A stretch of DNA of 64,000 nt from Dictyostelium discoideum (taxonomy: Eukaryota), in assembly GCA_000004695.1 (NCBI GenBank), contig CM000153.2, positions 5,344,001 through 5,408,000 on the forward strand. Reading direction: 5' to 3'. Made by a program: the position numbers and the translations under genes. Below, in pieces: positions 16,317 through 26,323 of this stretch (its first letter is position 1; every line of letters starts with the position of its first letter). The notes under the pieces were generated by a model. It searched no databases, was not told the origin of the DNA, and saw only the letters and a program-made list of their open reading frames with translations.

Positions 16317-16712
16317 CAATTCATTTCAATTGATTTCGATAATAATTCATATTATAATAATAATATTTTCAATAATATTGAATTAATTATGACGAATTTT
16401 ATTAATTATAATAATATAAATAATAATAATATAAATAATAATAATAATATAATTCAAATTATAAATAATAAAATATTTAAAGAATATAATCAAATGATTG
16501 ATGAAAATTTTAATAATAAAAATAAAATCGATAAGGAAGATGATAAATTTGGTAAGACAGTATTAATTACGGGTCAAGAAGGTTTATCATTACAATTTTT
16601 AAAATGGATTATAAATAAAAGAAATACCAATATAAAAGATATAATTGTTGTATCAAAATCATCAATTGATTGGGAAATTGAAAAATTAATTGAATATTGC
16701 ACCACCAATAAT

Positions 16713-16786
<74 letters not shown>

Positions 16787-16928
16787 CGATAATCAAATTA
16801 CAATTCATTTCAAAAATTTAGATATTTCAAAAATGTATTCAATTAAAAATTTATTAAATCAAATTTATAAAGATAATAATATATCACCCGTTGAATCTAT
16901 ATTTCATTTCTCTAATAATAACAATATA

Positions 16929-17012
<84 letters not shown>

Positions 17013-17255
17013 TTTAAGAAATTTCATGATTGTAGTTCAAATGGTTCATTAAATCTACATCAAATATCAATTGAAATGAAATGGAATTTAAAAACATTTT
17101 TATTAAATGGTATGAATATTAGCAACAACAATAATAATAATCTTGGTGAAATTAGTTCAAATGAAGTTTTAGAATCATTAAATAATTACAGAAAATCAAT
17201 TGGATTATCATCAAGTTTAATAAAATGGTCACCATCAAATATTTATGATAGTAAC

Positions 17256-17289
<34 letters not shown>

Positions 17290-17351
17290 TTGAAATTATT
17301 GAATTTTTAATTAATAATAAAGAAAATTATTCAAATATTAGTATTTTGTAA
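15561..17351 (+). CDS. Stand-alone ORF (596 aa) resembling the ketoreductase (psi-KR + KR) region of type I polyketide synthases. The NADPH-binding motif is degenerate, and there are several poly-Asn inserts.
   Basis: TVLITGQEGLSLQFLKWIINKR…IIVVSKSS aligns with the PKS KR pattern TYLITGGLGGLG…KWL…VLLSRSG. Downstream, IFHFS, SSNGSLNLHQISIEM (compare GAWNLHQLT) and SSSLIKWSP (compare SINWGPW) follow in the expected order. No KS/AT/DH-like coding sequence lies in the ~1.4 kb AT-rich upstream region. Confidence 0.45.
16705..16792 (+). repeat. (CAA)n / (AAC)n microsatellite, in-frame poly-Asn/Gln codons
   Basis: About 29 tandem aac/caa units. Confidence 0.9.
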
Positions 17352-17474
17352 ATAATAAAAATAAAATAAATTTTTGTAAATTAAAATATTCTTTTTATTT
17401 ATTTAATAAAATAATAATAATAAATTGATTATAAATTTTGTTTTTTTTTTTTTTAATTTTGTTTTTTTTTTTAT

Positions 17475-17509
17475 TTATTTTCTTTTACGAAGATTATTAT
17501 TATTATTTA

Positions 17510-17591
<82 letters not shown>

Positions 17592-18514
17592 TGATTTTGA
17601 AATAAGTAAAGACATTAAACTTGAAAAAGAATCACTCTTATTATTTAATAATTCAATTGCATAATTATAAGATTCATCTTTTGAAACACCAAATGCTTTT
17701 GAAACTTCTGTCGAACCTGTTTTTATAATGGTTGAATAAAGTGGAAAATCATTTTTTGGTGGGATTGTTCTTTTTTAAAAAAAATAAAAAAAAAAAAAAA
17801 AAATTATAATAATAATAATATTAATATTGTTTTTTTTTTTTTTTTTTTTTTTTCTCATGTATATTTTTAAAAATTTAATAATTACTTTATAATTGGTGGT
17901 TCTAATTTAAAATTTGAAAAATTTTTAATTAAAATTGATTCAGGTTTATTTAATATAAAAGATTCTAAAGATTGTTGGGGTTGTCTTAAGATTTGAGTAT
18001 GAATGAAATTACGAACAGTTTTAAAATCAGTTTCTAAATAAAGTGCACCAATGAATTTAATTAAACAACGATATGAATAATGACTAAAATAAATTGATTT
18101 ATAAAATGAATTTGAATTAATTTGAAAACGAATAAATTCTGATAAACCAATATCTTTACAACGTTCTCTTAAAAAGTAAGAACTTTTAATTGATTCTCTA
18201 AACTCTTCAAATATTGATTGATCATTAAATGAAAATTCTGAATCTGAAATTGAATGTCTATAACATAATTCTCCAAAAAATCTTAATTTATTTTGTTCTG
18301 CTTCATTTTGTAAACTTGGACAATGTGTTAAACTATCAATTATAATTTTTGGAATTTCAAAGTCATCATTGCCATTTTTTGAAAATTTAATATTTAAATC
18401 TTTTAATAATTTTAATAAACTTGGTTTAAATTCTGTTTCCATATCTTCATTAACTTTTTTACCATATAATTCAGAGGTGGTGGTGGTTGTTGTTGTTATT
18501 GTTTTATCAATTTG

Positions 18515-18547
<33 letters not shown>

Positions 18548-18787
18548 TCCATTCGTTATTGTTATAACTTTTGAATCATTTATATCAATACCTTCAACAT
18601 CTAAATATAATGGTTCTAAATCATCAAATTGTTCGGTTGTTTTTATTATATTTTGAGTTTTTAAACGAATAAATCTTTTATTATTATTATTAAAATTATT
18701 AAAATTATAAAATATATTTTTATTTTCAATAAATAAATTTTTCCTAATATTACAATTATTTGTAATTTTAATAATATTTTTAATCAT
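17475..18787 (-). CDS. RNase III domain + dsRBD protein, probably mitochondrial ribosomal protein mL44-like with a degenerate catalytic site. Exons 18787-17886 and 17769-17475.
   Basis: NKLRFFGELCYRHSISD resembles the ERLEFLGDA signature, and IKFIGALYLETDFKTVRNFI resembles the second RNase III helix. The N-terminus is K/R-rich and presequence-like. The listed ORF stops at 17882-17884, but a GTAATT donor starts at 17885. An acceptor AG at 17771-17770 gives a 116-nt intron. The frame then continues for 99 codons (STIIKTGSTEVSKAFGVSKDESYNYAIELL, dsRBD-like C-terminal helix) to a TAA at 17477-17475, and exon lengths close the frame exactly. Confidence 0.55.
17514..17590. repeat. (ATT)n microsatellite; coding poly-Asn on the minus strand
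   Basis: About 25 perfect att units. Confidence 0.9.
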
Positions 18788-19023
18788 TTTATTTTTTTTT
18801 TTTTTTTATTTTTTTTTTTTTTTTAATTAAATATAACTTTTTTTTAAAAAATCTGTAAAAAAAAAAAATATAAAAAAAAAAAAAAAGGCAAAAAAAAAAA
18901 AAAATATAAAAAATAAAAAAAAAAATTATGAAAAAACGTAAAAAAACGAATCTCTGTTTTTTTTATTTTTTTTTTTTTTTTTATTTTAAATTAACTATAG
19001 TTTTTTTTTTAAATTTATTTTAT

Positions 19024-19750
19024 TTATTTTAATTTTTTATTATTATTTTGATTTTGATTTTGGTTTTGATTTTTTTTTGAAAAAATTATTAATTTAATAA
19101 ATAAAAATATATTTATAAAGAAACCTAATGTTAATACAAAGATTCCAAAAAATATGAAAACATATTTAAGTAAACAAAAGTTTGAACCAAAATAAATAAA
19201 AGTATCAATTGATGATGATGGATAATTTTTTAAAATTTGATAATGACAATAATTTTCAAGTTCATCAAAAATTAAACCTAAAATTGGTATTAAATTATAA
19301 AGGTCACTAAATGATTTTTGATTTTCATAACCCAAGATTGGGTATGTTTTTGATAACATTGAAATTACAATAATTGCTAAAAGAATTGGAAATATAATAT
19401 CATAATAACTTGTATACATTGTCATATATAAATCTCTACCTTTTGGTCCTAATAATTCTAATGTTTGAATTGCTTGAGTCTTTGTATAACCTATTAAATA
19501 TGAATCTAATAACTTTTTTTTTTTTTTTTTTTTTTTTTTATTATTTAATATTTTTAATAATAATAATAAGAAAATATAAATAATTTTTTAAAAATAAAAA
19601 ACACTCAATACTTACATTAATACTTAATTGTGACATAATTTTTGTTGACATTAAATTGAAAATAAAAAATGCCAAAACTAATGTAGGAAATAATACATAT
19701 GGTGAACCTGTTAAATTTCTTAACTTGTTTGATAAACTTCTTAAAAACAT
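19024..19750 (-). CDS. Small four-pass membrane protein (~207 aa). Exons 19750-19616 and 19512-19024.
   Basis: Exon 1 (MFLRSLSNKLRNLTGSPYVLFPTLVLAFFIFNLMSTKIMSQLSIN) ends at a GTAAGT donor at 19615. The first AG after the poly-A tract (19514-19513) restores the frame (LLDSYLIGYTKTQAIQTLELLGPKGRDLYMTMYTSYYDIIFPILLAIIVISML…). There are four hydrophobic segments and a C-terminal (NQ)n tail. Confidence 0.5.
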
Positions 19751-20279
19751 TTTATTTTTACTTTTATTATTATTATATATAAATATATAAAACCATACAA
19801 TTAAAAAAAGAGTGAAAAAATAAAAAAACTAAAAAAAAATGAATTTGGTTTTTTTTTTTTTTTTTTTTTTTATAAAAATAAAAAAATTTTCCATTTTTTT
19901 TTTTTTTTAATTATTTTTTATCATTATTTGATTATTAAATAAATCAATAATAAATCAAATTAATAATAAAAACTTTATATTATGTCTCATTTAGAAATTA
20001 TAATTTCCTTTTTTTTTTATAAAATAATTAAAAACAAATATTAATTTTTTTTTTGGAAATATTATTAAACAACCAAAATATTCAATTTAGATAATAATAA
20101 AAAAAACATGATTAATTAAAAAATTAAAATTTTAGATTTTATAAAAATAAATTATTTTATTTAATATTTTTTTTAAAATATAAAAAAAAAACCCCACAAA
20201 GCTAATTAAATAATAAAAAAATACTAATGTTAGAAACTAATTTAGAAATATTATTTAATATTTAATTTATAAATATTTA

Positions 20280-21261
20280 AATGGTTATTATCAGACAAAA
20301 ATTTTGTACACGTAATGTTTCTATCCGCAAATAAAACTCAGTCCGCTCGTCAAGGGTTCACATCATTAAATAACCAAATAAATCAATACTAATTAAAAAT
20401 TATAAAAAAGAAATTAACATACCAATTAAAATGCAGTTATATAGCAAGACTTTAAAACAAAGAGCTAGTTATTTTTTTATTTGTACAGGTTCTAAATTTT
20501 AAATTAAAAAATAATATTAATAACTGATTTTTTTTTTAAAAAAAAAAAAAAATAGAAAATTATTAAAGGACCAATTGATAAATCAGACGTGTTAAAAAAG
20601 ATGTCCTCATTTTACAATCAGACATATGCTTGTATGAAAATCATCATATCTATCAATTGGTTCGAATAATTGTAATTTAATTCTTACCTTTATTTCATGA
20701 GGGGAAAAAAAAGTTTTTAAAAACTAATTTTTTTTTTTGGAGGCATCTGCATACCAAGAATTAAACTGAACTATTAAACAAGGCAATTTTCTAGAAATAA
20801 ATAATAAAAATAATATGTTAATAATTTAATCTTTTTTTTTTTATAAAAAAAAATGATTTATTTAAATAATTATTTTTTTTGAGATATTTTGTCAGATGTT
20901 ATAGAAGAAGTAATGTTTTTATTTCATCATTCTCTTTAAGATGTCCCTAACAGGTTTTCATCATATAAATAATCCCAAAAATAAATTATTCTTTAAAAAA
21001 AAAAAAATATATTTTAAAACTTACTCTTAACCTTAAGACATTTTATTGGTGCACCACAACAAATTGATTTGAATGAATTTTATTTTTTTTTTTTTTTCTT
21101 TTATAAAAAAAAGTGGAACGAAAAAAAAATTTGAAAAAAAAATTTGAAAAAAAAAAGTAAAAAAAAAGAAAAGTAAAAAAAAATAACGTTAAATTCGAAA
21201 AAAAAAAAAAACGTAGTTCTTAAAAATAAAATTAAGCCAAAATTTCCTCATTTTTTTTGTC

Positions 21262-21300
<39 letters not shown>

Positions 21301-22750
21301 TATTATTAACTTTTACAGAAATATTTCAATAAACACAAATAAAACTCAATCAAATGGTATATAGAAGTAATTTATTTAATTTTTTATTTTTTATTTTTTT
21401 TTTTCTCTTTTAAATTGTTCTATGTAACAAAAGCATCACTTTATCACTTTAAATATTTAAGTAAAATCCATTAAAAATTCTTTTCCTTTTTTTTCTTTTT
21501 AATTTTTTTTTTTTTTTTTTTTTTTTATTAATTATAAATTTTTTAAAATAATAATCTTTTTATAATGTTTTAAAAGTAGATTAAAATAATAATAGTTTCA
21601 AATGATTCAAGTAATTCGACCAATGTAAATAATAATTGAAATAATTCTTGAAATAATAGTAATAAAGGTCCAAATTTTTATTGATTATTTTATTAATTAT
21701 TGTGATTTTGAAATTGAATATCCAAAACCAATAGTTTATACTATTGGAGGGAATTTAACAGTCTAATAACTTTTATATTATATTTCAAATATTACAATAG
21801 AGGTTAATAATCAATTACAAAGTAATAATATTTAATTTATAAATTTAACAACAATAACATGTAATTTACCATCAATTAATGAAACAAGTCAATCATCAAT
21901 AATAAACATCTACTGCCAAAAAACACTATAACCACAATTTTTAGAAAAAAGTTATTATTAAAAATAGCATTTGAAAGTAAATCATGGAGTGGATATATTT
22001 TTCAATATTCTAAAGATGAAATTCTGTATAATAAAAGTTATAATTCAAGTGATAAATCTTTTAATTAATAGCACAAATAATAATAATAATAAACAAAACA
22101 AGGAAAATGGAATTAATATATAAGTACAAAAGCACAATTGTGTTAATTTGTACCTTTGTGCCTTCAAGTATAGCTATAATAGTATATTTGATAAAGATTT
22201 TCTTAATAAGAAAAAGAACAAATAAATTATTACATAAATCTTAAAAAAAGAAATTATTTATCACAAGAACAAAAAAGAAATAGGTCGTGCAAAAGTAAAA
22301 GAAGTTGACGAAAAAGATCCAAGAAACAAAATTTGAAAATAAACGTTTAATGCTTCAATATGCTACCAGGAATGCAAAATATAGAAGCACTGTAGCATGG
22401 ATGGAAAAAGAGTTTGAAAAACAAGAGTTTGAAAAATAAGAGTTTGAAAAACAACAAAATCAATCAAAAAATGATAATATTGAATGTTCAAGTAGTGGCC
22501 AAAGCCAACAACAAGATTTTGAAAATAAAAATGAAACAACGTCTCAATTACCACCATCACAACTACCACCACAGCTACCCTCATCACCACCACCATCACA
22601 ACTACCACTACCACAGCTACCCTCATCACCACCATCACCACAGCCACCATCATCATCACCACCACCTACCTTCATCACCACCATCACCACCATCACCACC
22701 ATCACCACCATCACCACCATCACCACCATCATCATTATCATCACCATAAA
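20280..22750. other. Non-AT-homopolymer, complex non-coding block without an intact ORF. It contains a degenerate repeat-coded ORF with an internal stop. Probably a transposon or rearrangement remnant.
   Basis: Base composition and complexity differ from the flanking intergenic DNA. At 22390-22445 a triplicated 15-mer (gagtttgaaaaacaa / gagtttgaaaaaTaa / gagtttgaaaaacaa) has one unit mutated to a stop. At 22540-22740 the sequence is Pro/Ser/Thr-rich ccaccatca-type repeats. No tRNA or rRNA signatures. Confidence 0.35.
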
Positions 22751-23029
22751 ATAATTCTGAAATTAAAAATAAAATAAAATAAAATAAAAAATAAATTAAA
22801 TAATCCCATTTATTATTTTAATATATATATTTGTTTTATTTTGATTGGTTTGAAATTCTACTTGTTGTATTGTACCATATGACGTTCTACAAATTTGAAT
22901 GTAAATCTATTTTGAAATTCAATTGATTTAAAAGTAACATCTGTATATTGATATAAATTAATTTTAACTTATAAAATTCTACCTGTACCTATGGTTCTAT
23001 TTTGAGCGCTACTGATCTATGGTATGTAA

Positions 23030-23345
23030 ATCCATTTGAAGAATTTCCTTGGCTCTGGTACACCGAGTGGAACGAATTCTAGATCCATTTGATCATAATG
23101 AGTATCAAGAGCTTGCATATATTTGGAGAAAGAAATTAACCAATTGATGGATGGGAAATGTTTACGTTGTGCTAATTTTTTATCTAAACCCCAGAATACT
23201 TGGACGATACCTAAAGTGGCAGCAGTGACTGGATCAGCAAAATCTATATTATAAAAATTAATAAAATTAGTAAAATATTCAAATTTTTTCAAAGTTGCCA
23301 TCTTAAAAATTTTGGCATACCTCCACCAGAGGTTTAACTGCACCG
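23030..23345 (-). pseudogene. Fragment copy of the V-ATPase A subunit gene (vatA), duplicated ~3.5 kb upstream of the intact gene
   Basis: Positions 23037-23263 are about 97% identical to 26731-26937 of vatA. The differences are a 'tacaccgagtgg' versus 'tacggagtgg' indel and a tctAgatcc/tctGgatcc substitution. The fragment encodes [54 protein letters not shown]. Further vatA-like sequence (ctgcaccgacaa…) follows after an ~80-nt AT-rich insertion. No start codon, and both ends are truncated. Confidence 0.7.
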
Positions 23346-24301
23346 ACAACTTTAACGTGAAACAAGTTATAAATTAATTAATTAATATTAAAAAATATTA
23401 ATTGTAAATGCAACTTGCATTTACAAATAAATAATTTTTTTTTTTTTCTTTTTTTTTTTTTTCCTTTTTATTCTTTTTGTAAGTTTAATTATAAAAAATA
23501 AAAAAATAGAAATACCTTAAAATTTTATTTTTATTTTATTTTATTTTTTTATTTTATTTTATTTATTAATTTTTTTTTAAAACTAAAATATGGAAAAAGA
23601 AAAAAAAAATAATTTCAATATAAAAATAAACCCTCAATTGAATTTTAAAAAAATAAACCCTCAATTAAATCTTAATAAAATGGTAAAGGGTTATTTTTTT
23701 TTTTAAGGTGTTTTTGACTATTCAAGAATTTTACCACATTATTCAAAAAAAGAAATTAAGTTATGACATAGTTATTTAAATTGATATATCATTCATTCAA
23801 ATGAGAAGAAAAGATGGTAATACCTAAAATCAAGGAAAAGAATCGAGATTGGATATCTAACAGGTAATAAACATATTCAAACATATCGATTACTTGCAAA
23901 AATTTTTTAAAAAAAAAAAAAAAAAAAGATGATGATTAAATAAATAATAATGGTTAATCATAATAAGACATTCCTATTTTTTTAATTTTTAATTTTTTAT
24001 TTTTTTTTTATTTATTTTTTTTTGTTTAAAGATTAAAATTTTTTAAATAAGGAAGTTACACTTTTTATACTAAAAATAATAAATCCAAAAATTAATCTAA
24101 AATTCTTTTTTTTATTTTTTTTTTTTTTTTCTAAAATTTTTTTCACCAAATTTCTTGGAAGTGTTTTCAAAAATCTGTATTTGGAATTTTTTTTTTTTTT
24201 TTTTATTTTTTTTTTTTTTTTTATTTTTTTTATTTTTTTTTTTAATTTAATATATTTTTTTTTATTATTTTTATTTTTTTTTTAGTTTTAATATGATTAT
24301 T

Positions 24302-24430
24302 TATAGAAATGATGGCCGTTTTAAATATTTACCAGGCCGCTGAAATTATGAATGCTACATTGGTTATATAATATCAAATAATTTGGAATAAAAAGTTAAT
24401 TAAAGAAACAATGCAATTACAATTTGAATA
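24302..24430 (+). repeat. Degenerate tandem duplicate of the 5' end of the ORF at 24602
   Basis: atgatggccgttttaaatatttaccaggccgctgaaattatgaatgctacattgg… parallels atgatggcagtttccaacatatactatgcagaaattatgaatgcatgcataggttc… at 24602, including a shared …taattaaagaaacaatgcaattacaa(t)ttgaatat block. The copy is closed by early stop codons. Confidence 0.6.
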
Positions 24431-24601
24431 TTGTGAAAAAGTGTCAAGAAGACTTTCAATTAAATGGTTTAGAAAATTTTTTTATAAATTACATTTGCAC
24501 CAAAGGTGATGATTCAATTATATCGGGCAAACTGTTCCAACTTTTGATCTTAGACTTAAAGGCATGAAAATCCTACAACTGGTTGTTTAAAGGTTAGAGC
24601 T

Positions 24602-25403
24602 ATGATGGCAGTTTCCAACATATACTATGCAGAAATTATGAATGCATGCATAGGTTCTTTGATGGCAAATAGTTTAGAATCAGATTTAATTAAAGAAACC
24701 AATGCAATTACAAATTTGAATATGTCATCAGGTCCAATTAATACTTTGGCTGTAAAATCGAATTTATTTAGAAAGTATCACAGCAAATCCTATAAAACTC
24801 AAACTGTTAAATATGGTGATCTCTTTTGGTCCAAAAATGATGATGAAACAATTAAAGGATTTGAGAAAGTTTTGGAAACTGAAAGTTTATTAATTGGTCC
24901 ACATTTAATTATGCATAGTGAATATTATAAATTTCGTGAAAAAAATAACGATCCAATTAAATTTGTTCAAAATCCAACTATTTAATATAAAAACACATGT
25001 AAGAATGATATTTTTTCAAGATAGAGCAGTAATACCACTTCAAAACAAAACAAATCCATCATACAAAAAAACTAATTCAAGGAATATCGGTGAAGATTTA
25101 CCAAAATCCTTTACATTTGAAATTGATAAAAATTTAAAAATAGGAGCAATGGCCTATATGTACAAACATCTTATAGATTCACTTGGAAATGATGTCGAAA
25201 TTATTAAAAAGTACCTCCAACCCTATTATAAAACAAAAATTGAAACCAAAGAGGAATTTAAATCTTATGTAGGCAAACTTATAATGATGGTAATACAAAA
25301 AGAACATGGAAACTGTATTATAGGAGAAGATACAGACTTAAAAATAAAGGGATTGGTTAATGAATATCTTTTGAAAAAAGGTATTTTACAAAAAAAAAAT
25401 TAA
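24602..25403 (+). CDS. Hypothetical protein encoded in two overlapping frames (24602-24985 and ~25020-25403); either a frameshifted or atypically spliced gene, or a pseudogene
   Basis: Both ORFs have normal-complexity, protein-like translations (…YGDLFWSKNDDETIKGFEKVLETESLLIGPHLIMHSEYYKFREK… and …IGAMAYMYKHLIDSLGNDVEIIKKYLQPYYKTKIETKEEFKSYVGKLIMMVIQKEHGNCIIGEDTDLKIKGLVNEYLLKKGILQ). The frame changes by +1 around 24985-25020, where only a ~22-nt GTAAGA…CAAG pseudo-intron exists. Confidence 0.3.
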
Positions 25404-26323
25404 AGTTGAAAAAGTGGTTGGTTAAGCAAAATCTTTAAAACTTTACAATCATTATTTATTCTAACTAATAATCTAAAATAAAAAAATAAAAAAAACACTT
25501 TTAAATAGTACATTCCTTCTTTTTTATTTAATATTTATTCAAAGATTAGTAATGACAGACGAATTAACCGAGTCGAAAATATTTAAATTGAATCTATTAA
25601 TTTTTTTTAATAACTATTATATTAATTTTTTTTTTTTTTTTTTCTAATTTATTATTTTTTTTTTTAATCAATATATATCTAAATTATTATTAAAATTATT
25701 TATATATTTATTTTTTTTTTTTTCTTTATTTATATTTACCTTATTTACTTTACTATTTATATACTCTTATATTTATATATTTTATTTATTTCTTTATTAT
25801 ATTAAAATAATTTTTTTTTTAGGACAGTCATTCGTAGTGATAAACACTAACAAGACGGGATATTCACTAATTTTTATTATGTTTATCAAACAAGAATATG
25901 AATTGAATTTTTTTTTTTTTAATTAAATAACCTACCAAAGAAAATGCTAACTAAAAAGTATGGATAAATTAAATATATATATTCTTTATTGATATTTCGA
26001 AGATATCAAACACTATATAAATTATATTTAAAAGCTAAAATGCAAAATCACGTTTACAAACAATTCGTTGTAAATTAAAAAGAGGTATCAATCAAGCTGC
26101 TCCTCTTAATAAATGAGTACACCACCATAATCTCCTCTATCATGCTAAATAATAAAAATAAAAATAATAATAAAAAATACAGCAAACACAACCTGAGAGG
26201 AATCTTTAAAAAAAAAAAAAAAAAATGATGCAAAGTATAATTATTGTTTTGGTTTAGATTACTTTTTTTATTTTTTTATTTACTATTATATATTTATATT
26301 ATTTTTTATTAATATCATTTATT

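Noticed and set aside
20651-20664. tRNA B-box-like 'ggttcgaat' at 20654
   Set aside because: There is no A-box or cloverleaf-compatible sequence upstream, and the surrounding 80 nt is too AT-rich to fold as a tRNA.
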